The notes beneath the pieces were generated by a model that was given only the letters and a program-made list of their open reading frames with translations, did not search any database and was not told the origin of the DNA. A DNA stretch of 64,000 nucleotides from assembly GCA_022821845.1 (NCBI GenBank), contig JAJECT010000034.1, positions 3,038-67,037 of the forward strand. Direction: 5' to 3'. The stretch is from Rhodothermales bacterium (lineage in GTDB: Bacteria > Bacteroidota > Rhodothermia > Rhodothermales > VXPQ01). Of the stretch, positions 9,365 to 20,687 are shown one piece after another. Position numbers and translations under genes: made by a program. Position 1 is the stretch's first letter, and each line of letters opens with the position of its first letter.

Positions 9365-10525
9365 CTATCGTGCGCGGGCGTCGATGCGCACGGCTTCCAG
9401 CACGTCCTCGCCATCGACGATCCAGGCGGTTTCGTGCAAGTGCATGCACGCGCAGGCATGGTTCGGGACGAACCGGATGCGGTCTCCTGTTTCAAGGGTG
9501 GATCCGCCCGGTACGTCGATCCAGGCGTGTTCTTCGGAAAGCGAAGCGATACGGGCATGCGGCAACGGCTCCATGCGGCGGGCGTCGTACAGCAATTGTC
9601 CATGGCCGTCCGTAAGCGCGCCTTGGTCCGACGCGACGGCTTTCGAACCGGCGTCGGCGAACAGCCGCTCCCTGCCCGAAGCCGTGCGGTGCCGACTCAC
9701 CACGGTGGTCAGCGCCGTAAGCGCGCAGTCCTTGAGCGCGACCGCGCCAAGCGACGCCTGCATGGCGTCGTGAAAAATATAGTTGCCGGGACGAATCTCG
9801 GTGATGCGGAACCCGCCTTCCCGCCTGTTTTCGAAGGCGTGCATGGTGGGCGTCGAGCCGATGCTGATTTCGAAGGAATCCGGTTCCGCAAGTCCGGCCT
9901 CCTGCAAGCGTACGGCGAACCGGAGCATTGCGTCTCGCTCGCGCCGGGAGACGGTTTGGATGGCTTCTTTCTTCGAGACCCCTTTCGCCGGCCCCTTGTA
10001 GACCTGTCCGGCGTGCGTAAGAATTCCGATCAGGCGTATGCCGGGGGATTCCGTCACACTGCGTGCAAGGGCTATGGCGCGGGCGCTTTCCGGATCTACG
10101 CCACAGCGATGCTGACCCGTATCCACCTCGATCAGGACCTCGGCGGTCTCGCCACGCACGGCGAAGAAATCGGCGGCGGCCTGCGCGGCGGGCATGGTAT
10201 CTACGCAGAAAGACACGCGGGCCAGGGCGCTCAGGTTGGCTATGCGCGCCAGCCGGTCGGCGCCGACTGCGGGATACGCAATGCGGATGTCGTCGAAACC
10301 GGCGCGCGCAAAGCATTCCGCTTCGCCCACGGTCGCTACGGTGACGCCGCGCGCGCCCGCCTCCCGCTGCTTGCGGGCCAGAGCCGTGGACTTGTGCGTT
10401 TTGATGTGCGGACGCAAGCGAACTCCCTGCGCGTCGGCGCGGGCCTGCATGGCCGAAATATTCGCTTCAAGGCGAGACCGTTCGATCAGCAGGCAGGGCG
10501 TGGAGAGATCGTTCAGCGTGGCCAT
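9365..10525 (-). CDS. D-threonine aldolase / D-serine dehydratase-like PLP enzyme (alanine racemase N-terminal fold)
   Basis: LRPHIKTHK PLP-lysine motif and TPCLLIERSRLEANI N-terminus. Its start codon directly abuts the atpC stop. Confidence 0.8.
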   Translation of the reverse strand: MATLNDLSTPCLLIERSRLEANISAMQARADAQGVRLRPHIKTHKSTALARKQREAGARGVTVATVGEAECFARAGFDDIRIAYPAVGADRLARIANLSALARVSFCVDTMPAAQAAADFFAVRGETAEVLIEVDTGQHRCGVDPESARAIALARSVTESPGIRLIGILTHAGQVYKGPAKGVSKKEAIQTVSRRERDAMLRFAVRLQEAGLAEPDSFEISIGSTPTMHAFENRREGGFRITEIRPGNYIFHDAMQASLGAVALKDCALTALTTVVSRHRTASGRERLFADAGSKAVASDQGALTDGHGQLLYDARRMEPLPHARIASLSEEHAWIDVPGGSTLETGDRIRFVPNHACACMHLHETAWIVDGEDVLEAVRIDARAR

Positions 10526-10951
10526 TTATCCCGAACCCGTTTTGCCGATGCGCCCCATCGCCACGCGCAACCGGTTGCGGGCCCGCTCAAGCGAGCGGCT
10601 GGCGCGTTCCCGGTCGATGTCTTCGCCGGTTGATCGCAACCGCTGCAACGCCCGTTCTTCGGCGGCTTTCGCCCGCTGCGTATCTATTTCGGAAACCGGC
10701 TCGGCGGTGTCTGCGAGGACCGTAACCCGATTGTCTATCACTTCGAGAAATCCTCCGCTCGAAGCAAAAAACACGTGTTCTCCGCCCGGCGTCGTAACGC
10801 GCACCGCGCCAATATCGAACGCGGCGATCATGGGCGCGTGGTTAAAGAGCGCTTCGAACGAACCAAACCGGCCCGGCGCCTGAACGCCCCGCGCGTCTCC
10901 CTGAAAGACGCGCCGATCCGGAGCGACGATTTCAACCTGAAGATGGGCCAT
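10526..10951 (-). CDS. atpC: F1 ATP synthase epsilon subunit
   Basis: LQVEIVAPDRRVF...GSFEALFNHAPMIA...GGFLEV and its position immediately downstream of atpD. Confidence 0.9.
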   Translation of the reverse strand: MAHLQVEIVAPDRRVFQGDARGVQAPGRFGSFEALFNHAPMIAAFDIGAVRVTTPGGEHVFFASSGGFLEVIDNRVTVLADTAEPVSEIDTQRAKAAEERALQRLRSTGEDIDRERASRSLERARNRLRVAMGRIGKTGSG

Positions 10952-11025
10952 AGGGCTTGGACGTTATGCCATCGGGTGGGCGCCGGGCGCCCGAAAAATC
11001 CGTGGCGGCGAACAGGAATCCCTGC

Positions 11026-12540
<1,515 letters not shown>

Positions 12541-12741
12541 TCAAAAGAGTTATTGCGCAACAAATCCAACCGAATTGTACGCCTTCCCGCGGTTATAGAT
12601 CGCAAAGAATGTGCGAAACCGGATCGGAAACGCCCGCCGCCGCATAGCGCGTTCCAGCGGGTACGAAAAAAAGGAGAGGGACGGTTTTGCCGCCCCCCTC
12701 CTTTTCCGGTTTATCGCGCGATATTTGCGTATCCCGCTGGT

Positions 12742-15639
12742 TTAGTTCCAGTCGAAGTTGTACCGTACGCGGGCGTAGTAGAAGGCTCCGTTGAAGCCGA
12801 ACGGGGTGAACTGCCCGTACTTGTTGCCTACGCCGTCCGCGGCGCCCGGATATTCCTTCGGATAGGTGTTCAGCACGTTCTGCGCGCCGAGCGTAAACGT
12901 CAGGTAATCCGTGAACGGATGGGACGCCTCGACGTCGAAGAGTATGCGGGCCGGATAGTCGGTCGTCTCTCCGGGATCCGATTCGTAGTAGGGCGTTTCG
13001 CCGTCGTAGTAGCCGTCCCAGTAGCTTCCGCGCACGAGGACGCTCGTTCCGCCCCGGAAAGCGTGCGTGACGGACAAGTTGCCGCGCACGTTGGGCAGCC
13101 CTTCTTCGAGAATCCGTATCCGCGTATCGCTCAGGGTCGCGTCATTGTGCTCGGTCACCTTGGTAGCCGTCCAGTTCCAGGCGGCGCTGAACGTCGTGCT
13201 GGAACCGTTCTGGCCCGCTACCCGGTAGGCGCCCACGAGGTCGAGGCCGCGCGTACGCGTTGCGAAGTCGTTGATGAAGAAGCGGAACCGCTTGAGTACG
13301 CCGCCAGGTCGGATGATTTCCTCTTCCAGCAGGGCCTCGATTTCCGTTGTGCTGAGGGCGAAGTTTTGACTCGTCGTGAGCCGATCCGACATGCCGATCT
13401 GGAAAAAGTCCGCCGAAACGATCAGGGGACCCTGGTCGAACACCGCCCCTATGGCGAGGTTGACGGATTTTTCGGGTTCCAGCGGTTCGCCGCCGTACCG
13501 ATCAGCCAGCAACGAGGTCGAGGGAATCGTCCCGTTGTTGGTCAGATCCATGATTTCGGGATCGTAGATCGTCGAGATGTTGAAGGCGTTCTGCTGTCCC
13601 GGCGTGGGCGCGCGGAAGCCCGTGCTTGCGCTGGCGCGCAGCGCAAACGTCTCGGAGAGGCCCATCCGGCCTGCGACTTTTCCGTTGACCGTCGTTCCGA
13701 AGTCCGAAAAATTCTCAATGCGGCCCGCCACGCTGACGTTCCAGTCCTGTAGCGGATCCTGCATTTCGAGCTCTGTGTAGGCCGCGAAATTGCTGCGGTT
13801 CCAATCGCCCGCCGTCAGGGGGCCGAAACCGGTGAACCCGTTCGAGCCGGGCGTAAAGCCCTGCCTTGCAAGCGGTCCCTCGGTCCAGGACTCCGTATCG
13901 CCCTGCGTGATTTCGAAGGTTTCCTGGCGCCACTCGCCGCCGCCCGCGATATTGAGCCGGTCGTTCAAGGGATACGAAAGGTCCACGTTCAGGTTGATTT
14001 CCTGCTGGTCGTAAATCCCGGGATTGAAGTACGGCGTACAAGCCTGGTCGGGTACGTGGGGCGATTCGCCCTCGTCGCTGCACGGCTGGTTGGGTCCCAG
14101 CGAGGCGTTCACCGTGTTGTACATGTAGAAGTCCATGTTGGACTTGCCCCAGCTTGCGCTGGCGTCCCAACCCAGCTTGCCCCGGGTTCCCCGGAGACCC
14201 ACTACGGCGGAGGCGTCGAGCACGTTCGCGCCGAACTGCGGGGTGAAGCCGCCCGGCAGGATTTTCTGGAAGGTGAAGCAGTTGGGGTTGTTGAGCACCT
14301 CGTTCCAGGCCTGCGTGTCCGACACGACGCCGCCGGAGACCCGGACTTCGGGGCAGCCGGCCGATCCGTCGAGTACGCCGTCCTGGGCGTCCAGCAAATC
14401 GCCTACGAGAAGGATGGATTCGTCGTTGGCGTTCGAGGTGCCGTAGACCCCGCTGCGCGTGTTCGGATTACGGAAGTAGAACCCGCCTTCGACCTGCTTG
14501 CTCACGTAATTTCCGTGGCCATAGGCCTCCATTTGGTCGTTGAAGGGGTGTCCTGCGTTGACCCACAACTTGACTTCGTTGTTCACTTCGGGCGACCCCC
14601 AGATTTGCGCAGGTTCGCGCACGGCGCTATTGCCCGCGCCGATGAGGCTGATCGCGTCGTTGCGCTGTACGCTGCGGTCGGTGGGTAGCGTGTTGCCAAA
14701 CTCCCCGGTGAGATTGAGGAAGCCCTCTGCGCCAAGCGGCAGCCCGACATTGGCCGAGATGGCGTACATGTCTCCGTCGCCCGGCAGGGCGCCCCGATCT
14801 ACCCGGTTGCTCGTATCGCCGAGGAGGTGTCCGCCCGTCTTGATGGAGATGGAGCCGCCGGACCGATCTTCCTTAAGCACGAGATTCATCACGCCGGCAA
14901 TGGCGTCCGAACCGTACTGGGCGGCCGCGCCGTCGCGCAACACTTCTGCCTGTTCAAGGGCCAGGCCGGGAATCAGCGCGATGTCGGGTCCCTGGGCGCC
15001 GTCGGCGAGGCCGTTGCCGTACCAGGTGATGACCGCGGTGCGGTGCCGACGCTTGCCGTTGACGAGCACCAGCGTATGGTCGGGCGCCAGGCCGCGCAGG
15101 TTCGCCGGACGCGCGAACGTCGCTGCGTCGCTGATGGGCTGAACGTTGACGTTGAACGAGGGCACCACATTGCGCAACAGGTTGGCGAAGTCCGTATCTC
15201 CCTGATTCACGAAATCGTCGCTGCGAATCACGTCGATGGGCACGGGCGATTCCGTAACCGTTCGCGGCTGCGAGCGGCTGCCGACCACGGCCAGGCCTGC
15301 AAGCAGGATGGTGGTTTCGTTCATGGTCGCGTCGAGCTGGACCGTTTCGCCGTCCGCTACTTCGACTTCCATGGACACCGGTTCATACCCGAGCAGGCGA
15401 AAATGCACCATATGGGTTCCCGCAGGCACTTGGGTAATCACGTAGTTTCCGTCGGCGTCGCTAAGGTCGCCGAGGTTCAGCGCCGTGATGGCCACCTGTA
15501 CGTCGGGCAAACTCATGCCGTTCTCGTCGCTAACCGTCCCTTCAAGGGCTCCCTGCGCAAAAAGCGAGGCAGGCCCAAAAGCCAACATGGTGGCCAGCAT
15601 GGTTACGGCGGCCAATGCGTGTAGTATTCGGTTCTTCAT
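12742..15639 (-). CDS. TonB-dependent outer-membrane receptor with N-terminal carboxypeptidase-regulatory-like domain
   Basis: Signal peptide, then GTVSDENGMSLPDVQVAI...GNYVITQVPAGTHMVHFRLLGYEP, then a plug domain (DVIRSDD, NLRGLAPDHTLVLVNGKR). A C-terminal beta-barrel ends in RVRYNFDWN. Confidence 0.9.
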   Translation of the reverse strand: MKNRILHALAAVTMLATMLAFGPASLFAQGALEGTVSDENGMSLPDVQVAITALNLGDLSDADGNYVITQVPAGTHMVHFRLLGYEPVSMEVEVADGETVQLDATMNETTILLAGLAVVGSRSQPRTVTESPVPIDVIRSDDFVNQGDTDFANLLRNVVPSFNVNVQPISDAATFARPANLRGLAPDHTLVLVNGKRRHRTAVITWYGNGLADGAQGPDIALIPGLALEQAEVLRDGAAAQYGSDAIAGVMNLVLKEDRSGGSISIKTGGHLLGDTSNRVDRGALPGDGDMYAISANVGLPLGAEGFLNLTGEFGNTLPTDRSVQRNDAISLIGAGNSAVREPAQIWGSPEVNNEVKLWVNAGHPFNDQMEAYGHGNYVSKQVEGGFYFRNPNTRSGVYGTSNANDESILLVGDLLDAQDGVLDGSAGCPEVRVSGGVVSDTQAWNEVLNNPNCFTFQKILPGGFTPQFGANVLDASAVVGLRGTRGKLGWDASASWGKSNMDFYMYNTVNASLGPNQPCSDEGESPHVPDQACTPYFNPGIYDQQEINLNVDLSYPLNDRLNIAGGGEWRQETFEITQGDTESWTEGPLARQGFTPGSNGFTGFGPLTAGDWNRSNFAAYTELEMQDPLQDWNVSVAGRIENFSDFGTTVNGKVAGRMGLSETFALRASASTGFRAPTPGQQNAFNISTIYDPEIMDLTNNGTIPSTSLLADRYGGEPLEPEKSVNLAIGAVFDQGPLIVSADFFQIGMSDRLTTSQNFALSTTEIEALLEEEIIRPGGVLKRFRFFINDFATRTRGLDLVGAYRVAGQNGSSTTFSAAWNWTATKVTEHNDATLSDTRIRILEEGLPNVRGNLSVTHAFRGGTSVLVRGSYWDGYYDGETPYYESDPGETTDYPARILFDVEASHPFTDYLTFTLGAQNVLNTYPKEYPGAADGVGNKYGQFTPFGFNGAFYYARVRYNFDWN

Positions 15640-15740
15640 GATGAGAGGGATGTTGCTGTGAAAATTCGCGGTGCGCGACGCCGAAGCCGTTTTGTCCCGG
15701 ATTCGAGGGGGGCGGGCCGAGCGGCCTTCGCGGGTGTAAT

Positions 15741-15770
15741 ATAATAATACGTCCAGCGTATTAATGTCAA
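15741..15770 (-). promoter_or_regulatory. Candidate sigma70-type promoter for the TonB receptor
   Basis: On the minus strand TTGACA (15770-15765), an 18-nt spacer, then TATTAT (15746-15741), about 100 nt upstream of the start codon. Confidence 0.4.
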
Positions 15771-15816
15771 GTAGAAAACTGGTGAAAATGCGCCCGCGTT
15801 TCTGTGAAGGTTTCGT

Positions 15817-16869
15817 TCACGGTGCGTTTTTGTCCCCGAAATGCTCGTAGCCGCTGCGTTCGAGCGGCAAAATCCGGCCATCCGGGGTCCGCGCCGTTAT
15901 GTCGCCGTCCGCCGTGCAGCACCCGATCACATGACACGTTTCCGCATCCATGCGCGCAACCTCTTCGCGAGAGGCCGCGAAAAGCAATTCGTAATCTTCT
16001 CCTCCATAGAGCGCGAAAACCGCGGCGTCTTCTCCGAGGGCCTCGGCGGCGGCGTACGTTTCCGGGGCAATGGGCAGCGCATCAAGCAATAACTCGGCGC
16101 CGCACCCGCTTGCGCGGCAGATATGCCGCACGTCCGATCCCAGGCCGTCCGAAAGGTCGATGAGCGCATTCGGCGCGACGCCGCGCGCCGCCCAGTCTCG
16201 CACCACGTCGAGGCGGGCGCGCGGGACCAGTTGCCGCCCGATCACATACCGGTAGGGGTCGATATCCGGCGCGAAATCCGCCCCTTTTTCCTGGAGTTCC
16301 CGGCGCTGCTCCAGCAAGATGCGGAGCCCGGCGCAGGCGGCGCCCAGATCGCCCGTCGCGCACAGCAAATCTCCCGGAACGGCTCCCCGGCGATGCACGA
16401 GACGGGCGATGTCCGCCTCGCCCGCGACGGTCACGGAAATGGTGAGGCGGGCGGCGGCGGTCGTATCGCCGCCCACGACGGTTACGCCGTACAGGTCGGA
16501 CGCTTTCCGCACGCCCCGGTAAAATGCCTCGATCTGTTCCACGAAAATATTGTCCGGCGCGCCCAGCGCGATCGTCGCATACCGCGGCTCGGCGTTCATC
16601 GCGGCGACGTCGCTTACGTTGACGGCGATCGCCTTGGACCCCAGGTATTCCATGGGCATGACGAGGCGGTCGAAATGGACGCCCTCCACCAGCATGTCGG
16701 TGGTGAGCACATGGGCCCGCCGCTCGTCGATGCGATAGGCGGCGGCGTCGTCCGCAATGCCGGTAAGGAGTTCCGCGTCGGAAGGTTCGCCGAGAATGCG
16801 CCGCATGGCGTCGATCAGCCCGAACTCGCCGTATTCCCCAAGCGGCGTTAATGACGAATCGTTGTTCAT
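15817..16869 (-). CDS. thiL: Thiamine-monophosphate kinase
   Basis: GEFGLIDAMRR...GIADDAAAY...TTDMLVEGVHF...SDVAAM motifs of the AIR-synthase-like ThiL family. Confidence 0.9.
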   Translation of the reverse strand: MNNDSSLTPLGEYGEFGLIDAMRRILGEPSDAELLTGIADDAAAYRIDERRAHVLTTDMLVEGVHFDRLVMPMEYLGSKAIAVNVSDVAAMNAEPRYATIALGAPDNIFVEQIEAFYRGVRKASDLYGVTVVGGDTTAAARLTISVTVAGEADIARLVHRRGAVPGDLLCATGDLGAACAGLRILLEQRRELQEKGADFAPDIDPYRYVIGRQLVPRARLDVVRDWAARGVAPNALIDLSDGLGSDVRHICRASGCGAELLLDALPIAPETYAAAEALGEDAAVFALYGGEDYELLFAASREEVARMDAETCHVIGCCTADGDITARTPDGRILPLERSGYEHFGDKNAP

Positions 16870-16873
16870 GCCG

Positions 16874-18070
16874 TTACGCGGGGATGCAGAGTTTGCCGAG
16901 CGTCGTGCTCCGGGACGCGCCGGTAACCGAAGGCAGGTTCGTTTTCGCTTCGTTTACGGCTTCGTGGGCCAGCACGGCGAAACAAAGCGCCTCCTTGGCT
17001 TCGGAAGGAATGCCGTACGTATCGATCAGGCGGACGGGGATGGGAGCGAACACGTGGGCAAGGCGATCCATCAGGTAGCGGTTGCGCGCGCCGCCGCCGG
17101 AAACGATGAGCGCGTCCAGCGCATGGGTCTTCCGAACGAAACGGGCGTACGCCTGATAGACCGATAATACGGTGAGCATCGTTCCCGCGGCGAGTATATC
17201 GTTCGAATCCGGGCGGTCCATTGCGTCGCGGCACCGCTCAGCAAGTTGTTCGGCGAACGCTGCGCCGAAATATTCGCGCCCGGTGGACTTGGGGGGCTTC
17301 TGGAGAAAATACGCGTCCTCCAGCAAGGCGGCGAGCACGGCGTCGTCCGTGCGTCCTTTGGCGGCGCGGCGGCCCTCGTCGTCGTACGGTTCGTCGAACA
17401 GCATGGTTGCCAGGGCGTCGATCACCATGTTGCCCGGTCCCGTGTCGAAGGCGAATACGTCGTTTCGGTCCGCGCCGGCGGGAAGAATCGTGATATTGGC
17501 GATTCCGCCCAGATTGAGCAGGCCGCGCGTTTCCCGTTCGCAGCGAAAGCATACGTAATCGAAATACGGGACGAGCGGGGCGCCTTGCCCGCCCAGCGCC
17601 ATATCCGCCATCCGAAAATCGCCCGCCACCGGGACGCGCAGCAGGTTGGCCAGCACCGACGGGTCCCCGACCTGAAGCGTGGACATGATTTTCTTGCCGC
17701 CGCAATCCGCCGGATACGGCACATGATGAATCGTCTGTCCATGCGCGCCCACCAGGTCCAGATCGGATACGGCGTATCCGGCTGCGGCGGCGACGCGCTC
17801 GACCGATTCGGCGTAGGCGTGCGCGAGGCGGACGTTCAACTGGGAAATATCGAACACGGTCGAATGCACCAGCGTGGAGTTCGCCAGAATAACCTGCCTG
17901 AGCGCGTCGGGCCAGGGGGCGTGGTCGAACCCGAGGATTTCGAACGCGATCTCCTCCCCGGATCCCGTGAGGCGGGCCAGCACGGCGTCTACTCCGTCCA
18001 GCGACGTGCCGCTCATCAACCCGACCACGATCCGGGATTCTTTGTCCTGCAATTGCCGAAGACGCTGCAT
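16874..18070 (-). CDS. anmK: Anhydro-N-acetylmuramic acid kinase
   Basis: VVGLMSGTSLDGVDAVLA, NLGGIANI and DTGPGNM motifs. The start is set at MQRLRQL (ATG at 18068-18070). Confidence 0.9.
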   Translation of the reverse strand: MQRLRQLQDKESRIVVGLMSGTSLDGVDAVLARLTGSGEEIAFEILGFDHAPWPDALRQVILANSTLVHSTVFDISQLNVRLAHAYAESVERVAAAAGYAVSDLDLVGAHGQTIHHVPYPADCGGKKIMSTLQVGDPSVLANLLRVPVAGDFRMADMALGGQGAPLVPYFDYVCFRCERETRGLLNLGGIANITILPAGADRNDVFAFDTGPGNMVIDALATMLFDEPYDDEGRRAAKGRTDDAVLAALLEDAYFLQKPPKSTGREYFGAAFAEQLAERCRDAMDRPDSNDILAAGTMLTVLSVYQAYARFVRKTHALDALIVSGGGARNRYLMDRLAHVFAPIPVRLIDTYGIPSEAKEALCFAVLAHEAVNEAKTNLPSVTGASRSTTLGKLCIPA

Positions 18071-18074
18071 GGCG

Positions 18075-18617
18075 TTACTGCTCCGTTTCCATGGATCGCA
18101 ACCGGCGCGCCCGCGCCTGAAAAGCCGCCGCCTGTTCCGGGCGCCGTTCGGCCAGCGTCTCGTACATGCGCGCGGCTTCTTCGTACTGCTGTTGCGCGGC
18201 GTAAATCTCTGCAAGGGTTTCGCTGGCTACGTCGTCGATGTCGTCGCCCAGGTCCGGGGAGGGGATTGCGGGGGCGTCGTCGGAGCGAGGTACGATGCGC
18301 GCCGATTCCAGGCGGGCAATGAGGCGGTCGATGTCCGCGAAGGGATTCTCCGGCTGTCGCGGCGGCGCATGCGCTTTGCGCGCGGCGTTCGCCAGTCCGC
18401 GCAACGCTACGGGACTGGTCGGAGCCAGCCGCGCCGCTTCGCGCCACGCGTCCAGCGCGCGGTCCCACGCGCCCAGCGCTTCCTGCGCCCGGGCCAATAC
18501 GACGTACGCCGCTGCATAGTCCGGCAGGCGGTCCAGCGTAGCCTGGAGCAAGGCGACGGCCTGTTCGGCGTCGCCCGCCTCGATACAGGCAGCGGCTTTC
18601 TGAATATCCGGCGTCAT
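18075..18617 (-). CDS. TPR-repeat protein
   Basis: Only the last 180 codons of the 466-aa ORF look real. They read MTPDIQKAAACIEAGDAEQAVALL...YVVLARAQEALGAWDRALDAW (TPR-like) with an acidic tail. The upstream part overlaps the GT2 gene in another frame. Confidence 0.6.
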   Translation of the reverse strand: MTPDIQKAAACIEAGDAEQAVALLQATLDRLPDYAAAYVVLARAQEALGAWDRALDAWREAARLAPTSPVALRGLANAARKAHAPPRQPENPFADIDRLIARLESARIVPRSDDAPAIPSPDLGDDIDDVASETLAEIYAAQQQYEEAARMYETLAERRPEQAAAFQARARRLRSMETEQ

Positions 18618-18637
18618 CGGCAGCGGCAGGGGAGATG

Positions 18638-20122
18638 TTATCGGATGGATTTCGTACGGGTTTCCCGGAATGTCGCGGCGGCGACCAGCACGAACCCCGC
18701 CGCAAAAAGCAGCTGAAAAACGACGGCGTCCCATTGTCCGGTCATCAGAAGATACGCTACGCCCGCCGTTGAATAGACCCCCATGGCGAATTCCAGCGGA
18801 TAGGCTATGCGAAGCGCCGCCGATCCGCGCTGGCGGCGTCCGCGCGAACGGCCCGGCGCCGCCCGGTTTCCAGAGGCGGCGGTTCCGAATTTTGGGGTGC
18901 GCACGAACGGCGAGGATATGCCCGCAAACGCTTCGACCACGGCGATGGTGTTCCGAATGGACATGCCGATCGCGCCGGCCATGAACACCGGCAGCACGCC
19001 GAGGCGCCGGGGCCAGTCGGCGTACAATCGGCGCTGCGCGAAAACCTGCGCCAGCGTAAATCCTGCGAATCCGACGAGGCCAAGCGCCATCCATCCGAAA
19101 TACGCCTGGCCCGGCCCGCCGCCGGCGTGCGCCGCCGCTTGCATGGGAACATGAAGCAGCCCGGCGAGCAGCACGAAGGGAAACACCAGATGACCCGTCA
19201 TGTGGAACGTGCCCTGCACCTTGCGGCGGAAGGATTCGCGGGACGTCCAGAGGCTTCGCAGCAACTTGCGGGCGGCTTCTACAGACCCTTTCGTCCAGCG
19301 AAACTGCTGGGTTCGCACCCCTTCGAACGTCGAGGGAAGCTCTGCGGGCACCTCGACGTCGCCCATGAATTCGATGCGCCAGCCCGCCAATTGCGCCCGG
19401 TAACTGAGGTCGAGGTCCTCGGCGATGGTGTCTGCTTGCCACCCGCCTGCGTCCATAATGGCCGCGCGCCGCCATACGCCCGCCGTCCCGTTGAAGTGCA
19501 AAAAACAGTCGGCGCGGCGCCGCGCCAGTTGCTCCACCGCGAAATGGGCGTCCAGCCCTGCGGCCTGAATGCGCGTAAGCAGGGAAGCGTCCCGGTTGAT
19601 ATGTCCCCAGCGCGCCTGCGCGGCCCCAAGGCGCTCGTCGGCGAAGGCGGGCAGGAGCCGCCGCAAAAAATCGGGGCGAGGCACGAAATCGGCGTCGAAT
19701 ACGGCAAGGAAATCGCCTTGCGCCTGCGTCAGCCCGTAGCGCAGGGCGCCCGCCTTGTATCCCTCCCGATTCGGACGACGAAGATGCGTGATCCGAACGC
19801 CCCGGGCCGCCGCGGCGGACAGGCTGCGGGCTGCCAGGCGCGGCGTGTCGTCCGTAGAATCGTCCAGGACTTGTATTTCAAACCGGTCTCGCGGGTAATC
19901 CAGCCGCGCGCAGGCGTCGATCAGTCGTTCCACCACGAGCGGTTCGTTGAAAACGGGCAGCTGCACTGTGACGAACGGCCAGGCAAACGACCGGTCGGGC
20001 GGCGGGGCGGTCCCCGTATCCGGGGCAAGGCGGCCTGCGCCGGCGGACTGCTTGCACAACCACAACAGGTTTGCGCCGTACAGCGTCAAAACGGCAATCG
20101 CTATCGCATACAAAACCGCCAC
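18638..20122 (-). CDS. Family 2 glycosyltransferase, multi-pass membrane (cellulose-synthase-like)
   Basis: VTVQLPVFNE, QVLDDSTDDT, AVFDADF and QQFRWTKG (QxxRW) motifs, followed by C-terminal TM helices. GTG start. Confidence 0.85.
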   Translation of the reverse strand: MAVLYAIAIAVLTLYGANLLWLCKQSAGAGRLAPDTGTAPPPDRSFAWPFVTVQLPVFNEPLVVERLIDACARLDYPRDRFEIQVLDDSTDDTPRLAARSLSAAAARGVRITHLRRPNREGYKAGALRYGLTQAQGDFLAVFDADFVPRPDFLRRLLPAFADERLGAAQARWGHINRDASLLTRIQAAGLDAHFAVEQLARRRADCFLHFNGTAGVWRRAAIMDAGGWQADTIAEDLDLSYRAQLAGWRIEFMGDVEVPAELPSTFEGVRTQQFRWTKGSVEAARKLLRSLWTSRESFRRKVQGTFHMTGHLVFPFVLLAGLLHVPMQAAAHAGGGPGQAYFGWMALGLVGFAGFTLAQVFAQRRLYADWPRRLGVLPVFMAGAIGMSIRNTIAVVEAFAGISSPFVRTPKFGTAASGNRAAPGRSRGRRQRGSAALRIAYPLEFAMGVYSTAGVAYLLMTGQWDAVVFQLLFAAGFVLVAAATFRETRTKSIR

Positions 20123-20153
20123 GCCAAGCAGGATATGGTCAGGAATGTGAAGA

Positions 20154-20687
20154 CTACCAATTGGATGTGGCGGCCTGGAAAATGTCGTCGGCGATGTCGT
20201 CCAGCGCTTCGGTTGCGGCTTCTTCCTCGCCGGTGAAGTCGGATGGATCGTATTCGAACGACGCGGAGAAACTGCGCTCGAAAATCTCCTGTTCCTCTAC
20301 GCGGTCCGCATAGCGCGCAGACACCGTAATGGAAAGTTGATTCAACGCGGCCCGGTATTCGCCTCCGACGGCGGCGGGGCGCACGGCGTATTGCCGGATT
20401 TCCGCGCTAAGGACCGCGTCGGCCTCGGTCTCGTCGGTTTCCAGTTCGAGGCGCGTCTGCCGCACGAAGCGCTCCACGAGGCGTTCGGTCAACATGCCGC
20501 CCAGGTCGGGAATGGGATTGGACGTAGCGTCCTCCGCCAGCGGAATGGCGACCGTCCCAAGATGCTCCGGAATAGAAGCGCCGGTGAAACTGTAATATCC
20601 GCAGCCCATCGCCAGCGAGGCGAACGCAATGGCGAGGCAGGCGGCCAGCCTGCGCAGAAACGGGCGCGCGGGGAGCCGGAATCTCAC
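20154..20687 (-). CDS. lptE: LptE-like outer-membrane lipoprotein
   Basis: Lipobox LAMGC is followed by GYYSFTGASIP, typical of Bacteroidota LptE. The GTG start overlaps the upstream stop (GTGA). Only the 3' 534 nt of the 903-aa ORF is credible. Confidence 0.6.
   Translation of the reverse strand: MRFRLPARPFLRRLAACLAIAFASLAMGCGYYSFTGASIPEHLGTVAIPLAEDATSNPIPDLGGMLTERLVERFVRQTRLELETDETEADAVLSAEIRQYAVRPAAVGGEYRAALNQLSITVSARYADRVEEQEIFERSFSASFEYDPSDFTGEEEAATEALDDIADDIFQAATSNW

Noticed and set aside
15640-15740. TPP or cobalamin riboswitch in the leader of the TonB receptor next to thiL
   Set aside because: The ~100-nt leader lacks the CTGAGA / ACCTGA THI-box elements and the B12 box. It is also too short for a cobalamin riboswitch.
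18618-19475. The N-terminal 285 codons of the 466-aa ORF 18075..19475
   Set aside because: This part overlaps the GT2 glycosyltransferase gene out of frame and is Arg-rich low-complexity sequence. The credible gene starts at MTPDIQ (18617).
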